Source of the DNA: Candidatus Hydrogenedens sp.
GTDB lineage: Bacteria; Hydrogenedentota; Hydrogenedentia; Hydrogenedentales; JAEUWI01
Direction of reading: 5' to 3'
NCBI GenBank assembly: GCA_016125095.1
Contig: WGMK01000010.1
Coordinates: 331,336 to 395,335, forward strand
DNA: 64,000 nt
The first letter of the stretch is position 1. Each line of letters starts with the position of its first letter. The translations under genes were made by a program, and so were the position numbers. The notes under the pieces are model-generated. The model had not been told where the DNA came from and did not search any database. It saw nothing but the letters and a program-made list of their open reading frames with translations. Positions 50,439 through 60,707 of this stretch are shown piece after piece.

Positions 50439-52769
50439 ATGTCTATCCAAGCAGAGACACTGGAATCGCTGTCGATATTATGTCGGCTACTTTCCAGTCT
50501 TCCATCCGCCGCCTATATGACCGGCACGGGCGGGAAAATCAGCTTTTACAACAAGCATTTTGAGACGCTCGCGGGCGGCGCGCCCGCCCAAGACGTGCCC
50601 AGCGAGACCTTCTTTGCTCCGTTTCGTTTTGTGGGGCCGGCCGCCACGCCGCTGCCGTTCCGGGATACCTGCCTGAGTCGCGCGGTGCAGGAGCGCCGCG
50701 ATTTTCATGATCAGGAGGTCACGCTGATCCGTCCCGATGGCGCCCGGCTCGAGTTGCTGATCCAGGTGCTTATGCTCTGGGGCGACACGGAGGAGAACGT
50801 CGGCGCGCTCCATATTCTCACGGACATGACGAACCGCAAATTGGCGGTCGATTCTCTCCGGCGGAGCGAGGAACGATTCCGCAGCCTGTTCAATGCGACC
50901 GGCGATGCGGTTTTCGTGCATGACCTTGAGGCGCGGATTCTGGACGTAAACGCGGCGGCGTGCAAGAGCCTCGGGTACACCCGCGAAGAACTGCTCGAGA
51001 TGCACGTGCAGGATATCGAGCAGGCGTTTCCCATCGATAGGCTGGATGAGATCTGGGAACAGGTGCAGCAACTCGGCGGCTTGAAAGTGGATGGCCACCA
51101 CCGCCGCAAGGACGGCTCGGTATTTCCGGTCGAGATCAACATTGCGCCATTCCCGGGACCTGACGGAATGACCATGTGCGCTGCCGTGCGCGACATCAGC
51201 GAACGCAAAGCCTCGGAAGAAGCGATCCGCCGGAGCGAGGAGTTGTTGCGGCTCTACTTCGATCTCGGTCTTATGGGCATGGCGATCTCCTCGCCGGATA
51301 AGGGCTGGGTGCAGTTTAACGACCGCTTCTGCGACATGCTCGGCTTCTCGCGCGAGGAAATGGCCGCAATGTCCTGACCGCAAATCACGCATCCCGACGA
51401 TGTGAGCCTCGACGAGGCACAGTTCGCGCGGGTGATGTCGGGCGAGATTGATGGTTACGCCATCGAGAAGCGCTATCTCACTCGGAGCGGAACCACCATC
51501 CCGGTCGAGTTGTTCGTTAAATGCGTACGCCGGGCCGACGGCTCCCCGGACTATTTCGTGGCGATGGTGCAGGACATCAGCGAACGCAAGCGTGCCGAGC
51601 TTGAGAAGGCTGAACTTCAAGTTCAGCTGCTGCAGGCGCAGAAGCTTGAGGCGGTGGGCCAATTGGCCGGTGGCGTAGCGCATGTTTTCAACAACCTGCT
51701 GCAGGTCATTGAGGGTTACACCGAATTCGCCCAGCAGGACTTGCCCCGGAATCATACCGTGCAGGAAGCCCTCGGCAAGATCGCCGGTGCGGCCTCGCGG
51801 GCTGCCACGCTGGTCGACCAGTTGCTCGCTTTCAGCCGCCGCCAGGTGATGCGGCCCGAAAGCCTCGACCTGAATGAAGTCATCAGCGTCCTCTCCGAAG
51901 CGATTGGTCGCATCGCGGGCGACAGTATCGCGGTGCAAGTACATTCGGCGGCGCCACTCAATCGCATCATCGCGGACCGGAGTATGATCGAGCAGACCAT
52001 ATTGAACCTCTGCGTCAATGCGCGGGAGGCCATGAGTGATTCGGGGGTCCTGACCATCAAGACCGGAGAAAAGACGCTCGACGAGGAATTCTGCGACGCC
52101 AGCCACTGGGCCGTACCCGGGGAATATGTTTCGGTCGAAATCAGCGACACCGGCTGTGGCATGAGTGCCGAACTTCTCGATCACATCTTCGAGCCGTTCT
52201 TTACCACGAAGGACAAGAGCGGTGGCGGCGGTTTGGGGCTCGCGACAGCCTACGGCATGGTGCGGCAGTACGCCGGCCTGATTCACGCGGAGAGCACACT
52301 GGCCAAGGGCTCGACCTTTACCTGCTACTTCCCCGTATCGCCTTCACGGACCGCATTGGCCGACCGGCCGCAGCACCCCTATCAGCCCTCCGGTGCTGAA
52401 GTCATCCTGCTTGCGGAAGATGACGAGGCGGTACGCATGCTTACCGAGCGCATTCTTCGCAATGCGGGGTACCAAGTCATCACGGCGGCCGACGGGCGCG
52501 AGGCGGTCGAGATGGTTGCGCAGTCCGGGGTACGGATCGATATGCTGCTGTTCGACGTCGTCATGCCAAACATGGGCGGCCGCGAGGCCAGCGACGCCAT
52601 TCACAAGACGCATCCGGAAATTCCCGTGCTGTATTACAGCGGTTACAGCGAGAACGCCATACATGCGAACTTCGTGTTGAATGAAGAGACCCGCCTGCTG
52701 GAGAAGCCTTTCAAACCGAAGGAGCTCCTCGAGCGAGTGCGGGAAACCCTGGAATCGGCCAGACGCTAG
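50439..52769 (+). pseudogene. PAS hybrid histidine kinase interrupted by an in-frame TGA at 51375-51377
   Basis: ORFs 50439-51377 and 51402-52769 share a frame; read-through gives MS*PQITHPDD inside a PAS domain; H-box reads AHVFNN. Confidence 0.78.
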
Positions 52770-52817
52770 GCTGGGATTAAGCCGTCCATCTTTACGACGA
52801 AAGCGTCCGCCAAACGA

Positions 52818-55800
52818 TCAGAAGCAGAAGCCGTCTTCGCTTTCGCCGCACCACCGAATGGTTCCACGATTGAAGAACTGCACCACGCGGAGCAGTTCGG
52901 ACAATTGGATGACCCAATCCTGCACCTGAAAGTCTGCGGCGTGGGGGGCGCAGCCGTCCTTGGCGCCTGCGCCCGGGGCGTAGGCATCCTCCGAGCCGCT
53001 GCTGCAATGCAGTCCGCCCGCGTTGTAGAACTGGATCAACCGCAGCAATTCGGCCAGGTCGATCTTGCCATTGCCATCGAGGTCGGCCGAATGCCGGTGC
53101 TGCTGCGGTTCGCCCTCGGCAGCGCTTTCGCCCTCAAGGGTGGTTTCGCCTTCTTCTCCTTCGACGCTACCTTCACCTTCCGCCGGGTGACCTTCGCCCT
53201 CGAGCGTGCCGCCGCCGCAGGGGCAGCCGCCGCCGTTGGCCGTGGCGTCCGCATTCAGCGCCCACGGCACGAACTGGGGCAGGGGACTCGCCGCCATCAG
53301 GCTGGCGTTGTACTCGCCGAGATTGCACGCCCCATCCAGATCGGCGTCACCATTCCATGCCAGAAACCGTTCAGACGTCCGGTCGAAATCGTTCAGGTCG
53401 AGGTCCGGGAGCGAGAACGGTAGCGAGTCCAGCGCATCGACAATGATAGCGATGGTGGCCTCTTCGCCCAGCGTCATGAGGCCCGCGATCGCATTCACGA
53501 CCGTGGCGCGCGGAAACAGGGTGAACAGCAGCGGCTGCTGGGTGTTTACTGCCGTCGCGAATTCATTGGCCAACGGCAGGTTGGTCTCGTAGGCCGAACG
53601 CACGCAGCAGTAGGCATGATAGTCCGGGTCGGCCAGCACGGCGTCCACCAGCCGCGCGTGCAGCGTATCCGGGATGCCGTTCTCGTCGAGGTCGGCCGTG
53701 TCGGGGTCCTCGCCCACCAGCGGATTCGCATAGATGGTCCGCATCGCCGCCTCGAAACCGGCGTCGATGCCCTCGGCATACGCGCAATCGCGGTCGCATC
53801 CTTCGATTTCGCATGAAGGTTCGCCCTCGCCGCCGCCTTCCGTCGCGCCCTCGCCGTCCACGGCTCCCTCGGGCTTGCCCTCGCCGTCGACCGCGCCTTC
53901 AACAGCAGCCTCGCCTTCGCCCTCGGCGTCACCCGGATCGATGCAAAGGCCCGGCCCCGGCTGAAGCAGCGCATCGGTTGCCGCCAGCAGATAGCAGCAC
54001 CGGCTGCGCAGCCGGAAGCAGGAATACTCGTCGGCGTTGCTCACGCCGTCGTTGTCGGCGTCGCCATTGAAGGCGAGTAACGCCGGCAGCCGCGTGTAGT
54101 TGCTGGGATTTACCGCCGTTACCCCGAGGTCGATATCCGTAACCGCCGCCGCCTCCGTGGTCGCCGTCACCGGTATCGCCACGGAGTCGTCATCGCCCAG
54201 CAACATGTACGCCGCCAGCACTTCGTGCAGCTGCGGCGATATGGCGTTCACCAGGCCAGTCGGCCCGCCCAGGTCGGCGTACATCCGGGCCTTGTTGTTG
54301 TTCCAGCCTTCGCACACCTGCTGCGATGCACCAAGGCCGCCCTGCGTGAGGAAGTAATTAATCAGCGCGAACTCGTCGCTGTCGAGCAGACCGTTGGGGA
54401 AGATTTGCTCGTCCTCGATGCTGAATCCGCCGTTGATGTCCGACGAACTGGGGTCGAAGGAATAGCCGCCCAACTGAGACCGGAACTGTTCGAGCGCCCG
54501 ATCGACCGCCGCCATCTTGCCGTCGAAATCCACGGGACCGCAGGGACCGCTGCCATCCGGGCCGCACTGGTCGAAACAGCGATCCACATTGCCGCCCAGC
54601 GGCGTCATGGCCGCCGCCACATAGTCGGCGCGCGTGCCGCCCTTGCCCGCCACATAGTTACGCTCGAAGAGGTTGGTCATCTCATCGCCGTCGGGGTCGC
54701 CTCCGCTGGCCAGTTGCTGCCGCCCGCCGGGCGCGGAATCGCGGTAGGGGTAGTAATAGCCGGAAAGCTGCAGCAGCTTGGAGAAGTATTCGGCGTGCGC
54801 CTGGCTCACGGTCATCAGCGCAGCGAGCACATGCTGGAATTCCTGGATAAGTTTGAATTGTGCGTCGCCCTGCAGCCGCGACAGGTTGCCGGTGTACTTC
54901 TTTCGCGCGCCCAGGTAATGTGCGAAGTCGGGCGCGCAGGTCGCGCCGGCCAGGAGTGCGGCCTCCCAGCAGTCCGCGATGCCGTTGGCGTCCAAGTCTT
55001 CCGTCGCCCAGCCGTCGCTGCCGGGAATCGCTGCATAGAGCGCGCTGCCTTCCGCATCAAGGAGGGCCAGAAAGCCCGAGCAGTCCGCCGGCTCTTCGCC
55101 ATTGTTGTTCTCTTCGCCGTCGCAGCCGCCACCATTGGCGAGCACGTCCGGGTTCATCGCGTTGGCAACGAACGAGACGTAGCCGCCGAGGTCGCGCGGC
55201 ACCGCATTGAACTCGCTCAGGTTGCACACGCCGTCGTCGTCGGCATCGCCCAGCGCCCCGACATACGGTGCTGCGCTGGTGTCGAACAGCGTCGCATCGA
55301 CTTCGATCTGTTTGTCTTCATCCAGCAGGGTGTTCAACTCGCTGAAGATGGCGAGCATGGCCGCCACGCCGGCCGGTTCGCCCTGGGTCACCAGCCCCAC
55401 CAGCGCGCGCTGCACCTTGCCCACGTCGATAACGAGGCCGATGCCTTGCTCGACGGGCAGCCCGTAGTATTGCTGCGAGAGCTTGTCCCAGAGTTCGTCG
55501 AGGTAGCCCTTCACCACCACCTCGTTGTTCAGGTACGCGCTACCCACCTCGAGGTAATGCGGATTGTCGGCGCACCAGAGGACTGCGTCGATCAGCAGCG
55601 CCTGCGCGTAGTCGACGATGCCGTTCTCATCCAGGTCCGTCGCGTAGGAATCTTCGCACAGCAGGCAGATCGGATCGGTGAGGGGGATGGTGATCGTCTT
55701 CGTATAGAGGTACTCGATAGAGCGCGCGAACTCGACGCCCCGCAATATACCCTCGGGGCAGGCGGCCGTCAGCACCGCGTCCACGTAGGCGTCGCGGTTG

Positions 55801-57644
55801 CCGAAGTTGCTGAGGACCGCGTCGTACTCGGCTTTGTTGTTGTAGGAGTCGCCATCGATGTCGGCGGCGGGGGAGAAGGGCTGGATAAACTGACCCAGCA
55901 AGTCGATCGTAAAGGGCTGATAGGGCCGCGTCAGGTAGGCGCTCAGCTTGTTCTTGATCATGCTGTTCACGCTGGGATTCACCAGCAGCAGCGCCGCGAG
56001 CACGTTTTCCGAACTGCGCAATTGCGTGGAATACGCGGGTTCGGTCTTCAGCAGGTTGAGCGTTGCCTCGTATTGGCCGCGCAACTGCGGATACAGGGGA
56101 TGGCTTGGGCGGCACAGCACCTCGGCCAGCGGCGCGATTTCCCAGCTGTCGATCATGCCGTTCCCGTCGAAGTCCTTCAGCTCCCAGAAATCGCCGAACA
56201 GCAGATAGAGCGGCTGGCCCTGCCCGTCGATGCCGGGCAAAAGGGGACAGTCGCTGTCGAGATCGCCGCCGCCGCCTTCGCCCGTGCCGATGGTGTACCA
56301 AGCGCCTTGGATAAAGTCGTCCGCGCCCAGCCCGCCCAAGGGGTTCCACACGCCATCGTACACCGAGTCGTTGTCGATGAAGTCGATGCTCAGGCTGCCA
56401 TCGCCGGTGGACACGCTCGTCGTCACCACCCAGTCGCGGCCGCTGCCGCTCACGCTTAGAATCGCCGCGCCGGCCGCTGTGCCCTTTTCGTCGATTGCGA
56501 AGTCGCCCGCGTCCACCCCGGTCACGCCCTCGGTGAAGCGGACGTTGAAGGAGACCGTGCTATCGACCGGCGGGTCGGCGCTGCCGAGCGTGATCGATTC
56601 GCAGCGCGGCGGCACCGGGTCGCTGAACCAGGGGATGTACGCCTGATAGACCGCGTTCTCCATCAGGTAGATGTAGCCCTGCGGGCTCAGGTGAATGGGG
56701 TCCAGTTCGTTGCTGCCGGCCATCGCCTGGCGCGGACTCCACAGCCCGCGGTCGCCGCCGGGAAAATTGGCATAGCCGCCGCCCGGGCCGTCGGGCAGCC
56801 ACCCGGGATTCGCACCGACGTTCAGGCTCGGAATCCCAAAGCGCGCCATCATCGTGCCGAAGTTGTGCACGTAGCGCACCCGGTCCATTCCAAGCGCCAA
56901 GTCCTTCTTCAACCGCTCGAGTTCCACGAAGACATCGTTCACCTGTCGCTGATATCCTGCGATCTGCGCGGCTGTCGTGTAGTCGAACTGAAACAGGTCC
57001 GGGTTGAAGATCGGCACATGGATGCCGAAGGCCACGAGCGCGATTGCGGTCGGGTTTTCGATGCTCTTCACATAGGTGACGATGTCGAAGGGATTGAAGG
57101 GATTCGTCCAGGTATCGTAGGTGTAGCCTTCGGCGATGTTCAGGTAGTCGTAGCCGTTGATGACGCAACGGATGTTCGGCCGTACGCTCAAGCAGTGCTG
57201 GATGACATTGCGGATATGGTCGCGCGTGGCGGCGAGCAGGGCATTCGTATCGCCCTCGCTCATACCGATGGTCCAGTTTATGTTGACGTCGTTGCCGCCG
57301 AGGCTGATATGCACCACGTCGATCGTGGGGTAGGCATTCAGCATCGACGTGATTTCGTCCTTGAGCCCCGGCGTGTCCCAGCCCTCGGCCGTGGGGCTGT
57401 GCAGCGCGATATCGCCGACTTCCGTGAACTCGCCGCCCACCGCCTGCTTCACGTCGTTGCGCCCGAGCACCGAACGCAGCGCGGGCGGGTCCTGCTCGGC
57501 CCAGGGGAAATACGTCCAGCTATCGCCGACGTAGAGAATACGGGGTATCGGAGCCGCGTTCCCCGTTGCAGCGGGCAGCATTGCGCTGAGCACACAGGCC
57601 ACCACCGCCACGAAGTCACGGATTCGGTTACAGGAAGACTGCAT
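52818..57644 (-). CDS. Large secreted SGNH-hydrolase protein with Ig-like domain, five Asp-rich repeat modules, EG linkers and C-terminal duplicated EF-hand/dockerin-like module
   Basis: Signal peptide; VGDSW, SLGGND and DPIH SGNH blocks; FTEGVTGVDAGDF; repeated DxDxNG and GDxDxDG.N..E motifs; HSAD..LAELLRLIQFY / HAAD..LSELLRVVQFF. Confidence 0.75.
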   Translation of the reverse strand: MQSSCNRIRDFVAVVACVLSAMLPAATGNAAPIPRILYVGDSWTYFPWAEQDPPALRSVLGRNDVKQAVGGEFTEVGDIALHSPTAEGWDTPGLKDEITSMLNAYPTIDVVHISLGGNDVNINWTIGMSEGDTNALLAATRDHIRNVIQHCLSVRPNIRCVINGYDYLNIAEGYTYDTWTNPFNPFDIVTYVKSIENPTAIALVAFGIHVPIFNPDLFQFDYTTAAQIAGYQRQVNDVFVELERLKKDLALGMDRVRYVHNFGTMMARFGIPSLNVGANPGWLPDGPGGGYANFPGGDRGLWSPRQAMAGSNELDPIHLSPQGYIYLMENAVYQAYIPWFSDPVPPRCESITLGSADPPVDSTVSFNVRFTEGVTGVDAGDFAIDEKGTAAGAAILSVSGSGRDWVVTTSVSTGDGSLSIDFIDNDSVYDGVWNPLGGLGADDFIQGAWYTIGTGEGGGGDLDSDCPLLPGIDGQGQPLYLLFGDFWELKDFDGNGMIDSWEIAPLAEVLCRPSHPLYPQLRGQYEATLNLLKTEPAYSTQLRSSENVLAALLLVNPSVNSMIKNKLSAYLTRPYQPFTIDLLGQFIQPFSPAADIDGDSYNNKAEYDAVLSNFGNRDAYVDAVLTAACPEGILRGVEFARSIEYLYTKTITIPLTDPICLLCEDSYATDLDENGIVDYAQALLIDAVLWCADNPHYLEVGSAYLNNEVVVKGYLDELWDKLSQQYYGLPVEQGIGLVIDVGKVQRALVGLVTQGEPAGVAAMLAIFSELNTLLDEDKQIEVDATLFDTSAAPYVGALGDADDDGVCNLSEFNAVPRDLGGYVSFVANAMNPDVLANGGGCDGEENNNGEEPADCSGFLALLDAEGSALYAAIPGSDGWATEDLDANGIADCWEAALLAGATCAPDFAHYLGARKKYTGNLSRLQGDAQFKLIQEFQHVLAALMTVSQAHAEYFSKLLQLSGYYYPYRDSAPGGRQQLASGGDPDGDEMTNLFERNYVAGKGGTRADYVAAAMTPLGGNVDRCFDQCGPDGSGPCGPVDFDGKMAAVDRALEQFRSQLGGYSFDPSSSDINGGFSIEDEQIFPNGLLDSDEFALINYFLTQGGLGASQQVCEGWNNNKARMYADLGGPTGLVNAISPQLHEVLAAYMLLGDDDSVAIPVTATTEAAAVTDIDLGVTAVNPSNYTRLPALLAFNGDADNDGVSNADEYSCFRLRSRCCYLLAATDALLQPGPGLCIDPGDAEGEGEAAVEGAVDGEGKPEGAVDGEGATEGGGEGEPSCEIEGCDRDCAYAEGIDAGFEAAMRTIYANPLVGEDPDTADLDENGIPDTLHARLVDAVLADPDYHAYCCVRSAYETNLPLANEFATAVNTQQPLLFTLFPRATVVNAIAGLMTLGEEATIAIIVDALDSLPFSLPDLDLNDFDRTSERFLAWNGDADLDGACNLGEYNASLMAASPLPQFVPWALNADATANGGGCPCGGGTLEGEGHPAEGEGSVEGEEGETTLEGESAAEGEPQQHRHSADLDGNGKIDLAELLRLIQFYNAGGLHCSSGSEDAYAPGAGAKDGCAPHAADFQVQDWVIQLSELLRVVQFFNRGTIRWCGESEDGFCF

Positions 57645-57772
57645 TGAAGCACCCCAAGCGAAAAAAGACAGCCCACGACAGGGCTGTGGCCGGATACCCC
57701 CGCGACCGGCTTTTGCCCATATTCGCAGTATATCATGCTTCTTGAAGATTGCCAAGAGGGCGAAGGCGGCGC

Positions 57773-57804
57773 TTGACATTTTGTTTAGCTGATTATAATA
57801 TCAG
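57773..57804 (+). promoter_or_regulatory. Sigma-70-type promoter of the DinB-family gene with an overlapping inverted repeat
   Basis: TTGACA 57773-57778; TATAAT 57794-57799 (15-nt spacer) or TAATAT 57796-57801 (17-nt spacer); CTGAT-N6-ATCAG 57789-57804. Confidence 0.6.
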
Positions 57805-57875
57805 TAATTGTTTCGGGTGGCGCGTGTGCGTAACCAGAATACGGTCTGATAAAACCAACAGAGGAGATAGCGACC

Positions 57876-58370
57876 ATGGCGATGATCGATGGAATCTTGA
57901 TGGAATTCGATATGGAGTCGGCGACGACGCGGCGCGTGCTCGAGCGCGTTCCGGATGATCGCTGGTCGTACCAGCCGCACGCGAAGTCGATGACCCTGCA
58001 GGCCCTGGCCAGCCATATCGCCGACAACCCGGCGTGGGTCGGAAAGACGCTCAATCAGGATCAGTGGGTGATGGGGCCCTACGAGCCCTATACCGCGCAG
58101 TCGCAGGACGATTTGCTGAGTACCTTCGACGCGAACGTCGCCACGGCGCGGGAGATCATGGCGGGCACCAGCGACGACACGCTGCTGACGAACTGGCAGC
58201 TGGTCGATCCGGCCGGCAAGGTGATGTTTGAGGCCCCCAAGATCGGCGTCTTGCGGGGATTCATTCTGAGCCACACGATCCATCACCGCGGTCAGCTCAG
58301 CGTCTATCTGCGCCTCCTCGATGTACCGGTGCCGTCCATCTACGGGCCGTCTGCCGACGAGGGTATCTAG
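57876..58370 (+). CDS. DinB/YfiT family metalloprotein
   Basis: TRRVLERVP; PH.KSM..LASHIA; HTIHHRGQLSVYLR..VPSIYGP; GAGGAG RBS. Confidence 0.9.
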   Translation: MAMIDGILMEFDMESATTRRVLERVPDDRWSYQPHAKSMTLQALASHIADNPAWVGKTLNQDQWVMGPYEPYTAQSQDDLLSTFDANVATAREIMAGTSDDTLLTNWQLVDPAGKVMFEAPKIGVLRGFILSHTIHHRGQLSVYLRLLDVPVPSIYGPSADEGI

Positions 58371-58417
58371 AGCGATAGCAATACTTAGCAGCGTGGCCGA
58401 GAGCGTTTTCGGCCGGC

Positions 58418-58455
58418 AATCCGGGTTGCGCGTGCACAAGCGCGCAACCCGGATT
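58418..58455. terminator. Perfect 15-bp stem-loop downstream of the DinB-family gene (terminator-like)
   Basis: aatccgggttgcgcg / cgcgcaacccggatt with an 8-nt loop; no clean U tract. Confidence 0.5.
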
Positions 58456-58923
58456 CGTGTTGAAGTCTGCTTTAAGAGAATTTTTTAGAATCGCAACAGC
58501 AAGGTGCGGGAGATGGCGGTTATGCACATGAATTCCACAGGGTCCGGAGCGCGGCGCAGTTCAGGCATGCATAGTATCGTCATGCTCATAACTTGTTTAA
58601 TTACAGTTTGTTATGCGGGGTGTTGCTGAACCGTCGCCTTGGCTTGGGCGGATATGGAACAACCGGAAATCGATTTCTATCCCCACGCGGATTCGGACGG
58701 TCTTGACTCTCATAAAAACGTAACCAACGCCCCTCGAACCGTATGAATTCGATCGGATGGGCGCCCCTAAATTATTGCAAATCAAGGCCATGACGCGGAA
58801 TACTCTGCGCATGAAATTTTTCCTTGACATTCCCCCACAGAATTTATCCAGCGCCACGGCGCACGGTTATAGGAAAATGTTGACAGGAAATCTCCGGCAG
58901 GGTTGCGGCATGGATATCGCCGT

Positions 58924-59475
58924 ATGCGGGTAATTGCAGGGAGCGCGCGGGGCACCAAGTTGTTCTCGCCCGAGGGCAATGCCATCCGTCCGACGCTGGA
59001 TCGCGTCCGCGAGGCCTTGTTCAACATGCTCGGGCCGAGTCTCGAAGATGCCCGCTTCCTGGATCTCTTCGCGGGGACCGGCGCGAACGGCATCGAGGCC
59101 CTCAGCCGGGGGGCGGCCGAGTGTGTTTTTGTAGATCTCTCGCGCGACGCGCACCGGATTCAGCGCGAGAACCTGCTCAAGACCCGGCTCGCGGCGGACG
59201 CCCAGACCCTGACGCTGGAATTGCCGCGCGATATTGCCCGGATTCCAGGGGATTTCGATCTCATTTTCGCGGATCCGCCCTACGATTACGCACACTATCC
59301 AGCGCTGCTCGAAGCCGCCGGCCAGCGGCTCCTGCGGCCGGGGGGAAGCTTTGTCATCGAACACCAGCGCCGGGTAGAACTACCGGATAACGCCGGTGGC
59401 CTCGTACGGACCAAGTTCAAGCACTACGGCGACGTGGCCTTGAGCGTGTACGAGCACCCGGAATCCGCCGGATAA
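58924..59475 (+). CDS. rsmD: 16S rRNA m2G966 methyltransferase
   Basis: MRVIAG; RPTLDRVREALFN; LDLFAGTG..GIEALSRGA; FADPPY. Confidence 0.93.
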   Translation: MRVIAGSARGTKLFSPEGNAIRPTLDRVREALFNMLGPSLEDARFLDLFAGTGANGIEALSRGAAECVFVDLSRDAHRIQRENLLKTRLAADAQTLTLELPRDIARIPGDFDLIFADPPYDYAHYPALLEAAGQRLLRPGGSFVIEHQRRVELPDNAGGLVRTKFKHYGDVALSVYEHPESAG

Positions 59476-59545
59476 CTGGCAGCGGACCTCCGTCGCGCGG
59501 TACACTTGCGGCCAATTCCCTTTCTTTCCGCACGGAGATTGTATC

Positions 59546-59932
59546 TTGGAGGCCCTGGTCCGATTCCGTCTGATGGTAGTCCGTTGGTCGCTGGTGCTCG
59601 TGGCGCTGGCGGCGGCGGGGTGTTATCTATGGGAAAAAAAAGTGGGGCTCGGCCTGGCGATGGGGGGGCTCGGGGGCGTCTTGGCTTTCTGGATTTTAGC
59701 CCGCCGCGTAGAAAAATTTGCGCAGGTTACGCCCGCTCAAGTACACTCCGAGGCCGTGAAGGGGATGGTACTCCGCATGGCGGTGTACGGGGTCGTTCTG
59801 TGGCGGGCTTGGTCACTCGATCCCGTCGGGCGGTTGCCCCTCTTCGCGGCCGTGGCAGGCATTCTGATTCCCCGCTTGGTCCTCTATTTTCTGGCACTTA
59901 CCAATATCGATCTAGGCAAAAAGCACAGTTAA
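59546..59932 (+). CDS. atpI: ATP synthase protein I
   Basis: Four-TM basic small protein abutting atpB; TTG start uncertain. Confidence 0.7.
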   Translation: MEALVRFRLMVVRWSLVLVALAAAGCYLWEKKVGLGLAMGGLGGVLAFWILARRVEKFAQVTPAQVHSEAVKGMVLRMAVYGVVLWRAWSLDPVGRLPLFAAVAGILIPRLVLYFLALTNIDLGKKHS

Positions 59933-60691
59933 ATGGAACATATCGGTAACAGGCTGGTCTGGTATTTCATCCCGTTCACGGATATCGAGATTCCGATGGG
60001 CGGGCTCAATGTGCTCACCGTTTTCAATACCCTTGTGGTCATGGCGGTGTTGTTTTTCCTTTGCCGTCTGGGTGTGCGCCGCTTCGCGCTCGAGCCCACG
60101 CGCGGCCAGTACATGGTCGAGCTGATCACGGGCGTCTTCGACAACCTGGTCATCGCCTCGCTCGAACTCGAGACCAAGGAAAAGAACCGCAAGTTTTTCT
60201 TCCTCATCGCCTCGCTCTTTCTCTTCCTGCTGCTCTCGAACTTCATGAGCTTCCTGCCCACGCACTATTTCGAGGAGCCGACGGCGGACATCAACTGCAC
60301 GATGGGCCTGGGGCTCATGGGCATGGCCATCGCCACCTATTGCGCCATCAAGGCCAAGGGCGGCATCGGCTACGTCGAGGAGCTGCTGGGACCGCTCTGG
60401 CATCAGGAAGACGCCACGGGCGGCGCGGCCATCGCGGGCAAGCTCTCGGCGCTGTTCTTCTTTCCGCTGAACATCATCGGCGAAATCGCCAAAGTCATCT
60501 CCATTTCCTTCCGTTTGTTCGGCAATATCACCGGCGGCGGCATCATCATCATCGTGATTTCCCACCTCGTGTGGAACTTCAGCGTGCTGTCCATCGGCAT
60601 GGACCTGTTCTTCATCTTCTTCGTCGGCACGGTGCAGGCCTTCGTGTTCACCATGCTGACGCTGACCTATATCTCGGTCGCCATCAAGTAG
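59933..60691 (+). CDS. atpB: ATP synthase Fo subunit a
   Basis: PTADIN; SISFRLFGN with the essential Arg; VQAFVF. Confidence 0.96.
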   Translation: MEHIGNRLVWYFIPFTDIEIPMGGLNVLTVFNTLVVMAVLFFLCRLGVRRFALEPTRGQYMVELITGVFDNLVIASLELETKEKNRKFFFLIASLFLFLLLSNFMSFLPTHYFEEPTADINCTMGLGLMGMAIATYCAIKAKGGIGYVEELLGPLWHQEDATGGAAIAGKLSALFFFPLNIIGEIAKVISISFRLFGNITGGGIIIIVISHLVWNFSVLSIGMDLFFIFFVGTVQAFVFTMLTLTYISVAIK

Positions 60692-60707
60692 GCGCCGCGG
60701 GGGCATC

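Noticed and set aside
51375..51377. TGA recoding (selenocysteine or genetic code 4/25)
   Set aside because: TGA is the ordinary stop of many genes here (atpE, pyrF, lutB). The site corresponds to Trp rather than Cys, and I see no convincing SECIS hairpin.
46029..52769. Sensor-kinase cluster as a mobile island
   Set aside because: No integrase, transposase or flanking direct repeats were found; PAS-kinase expansion alone is not evidence of mobility.
57876..58370. DNA polymerase IV (dinB)
   Set aside because: This is a 164-aa His-triad four-helix DinB/YfiT family protein, unrelated to Y-family polymerases, so no gene symbol was assigned.
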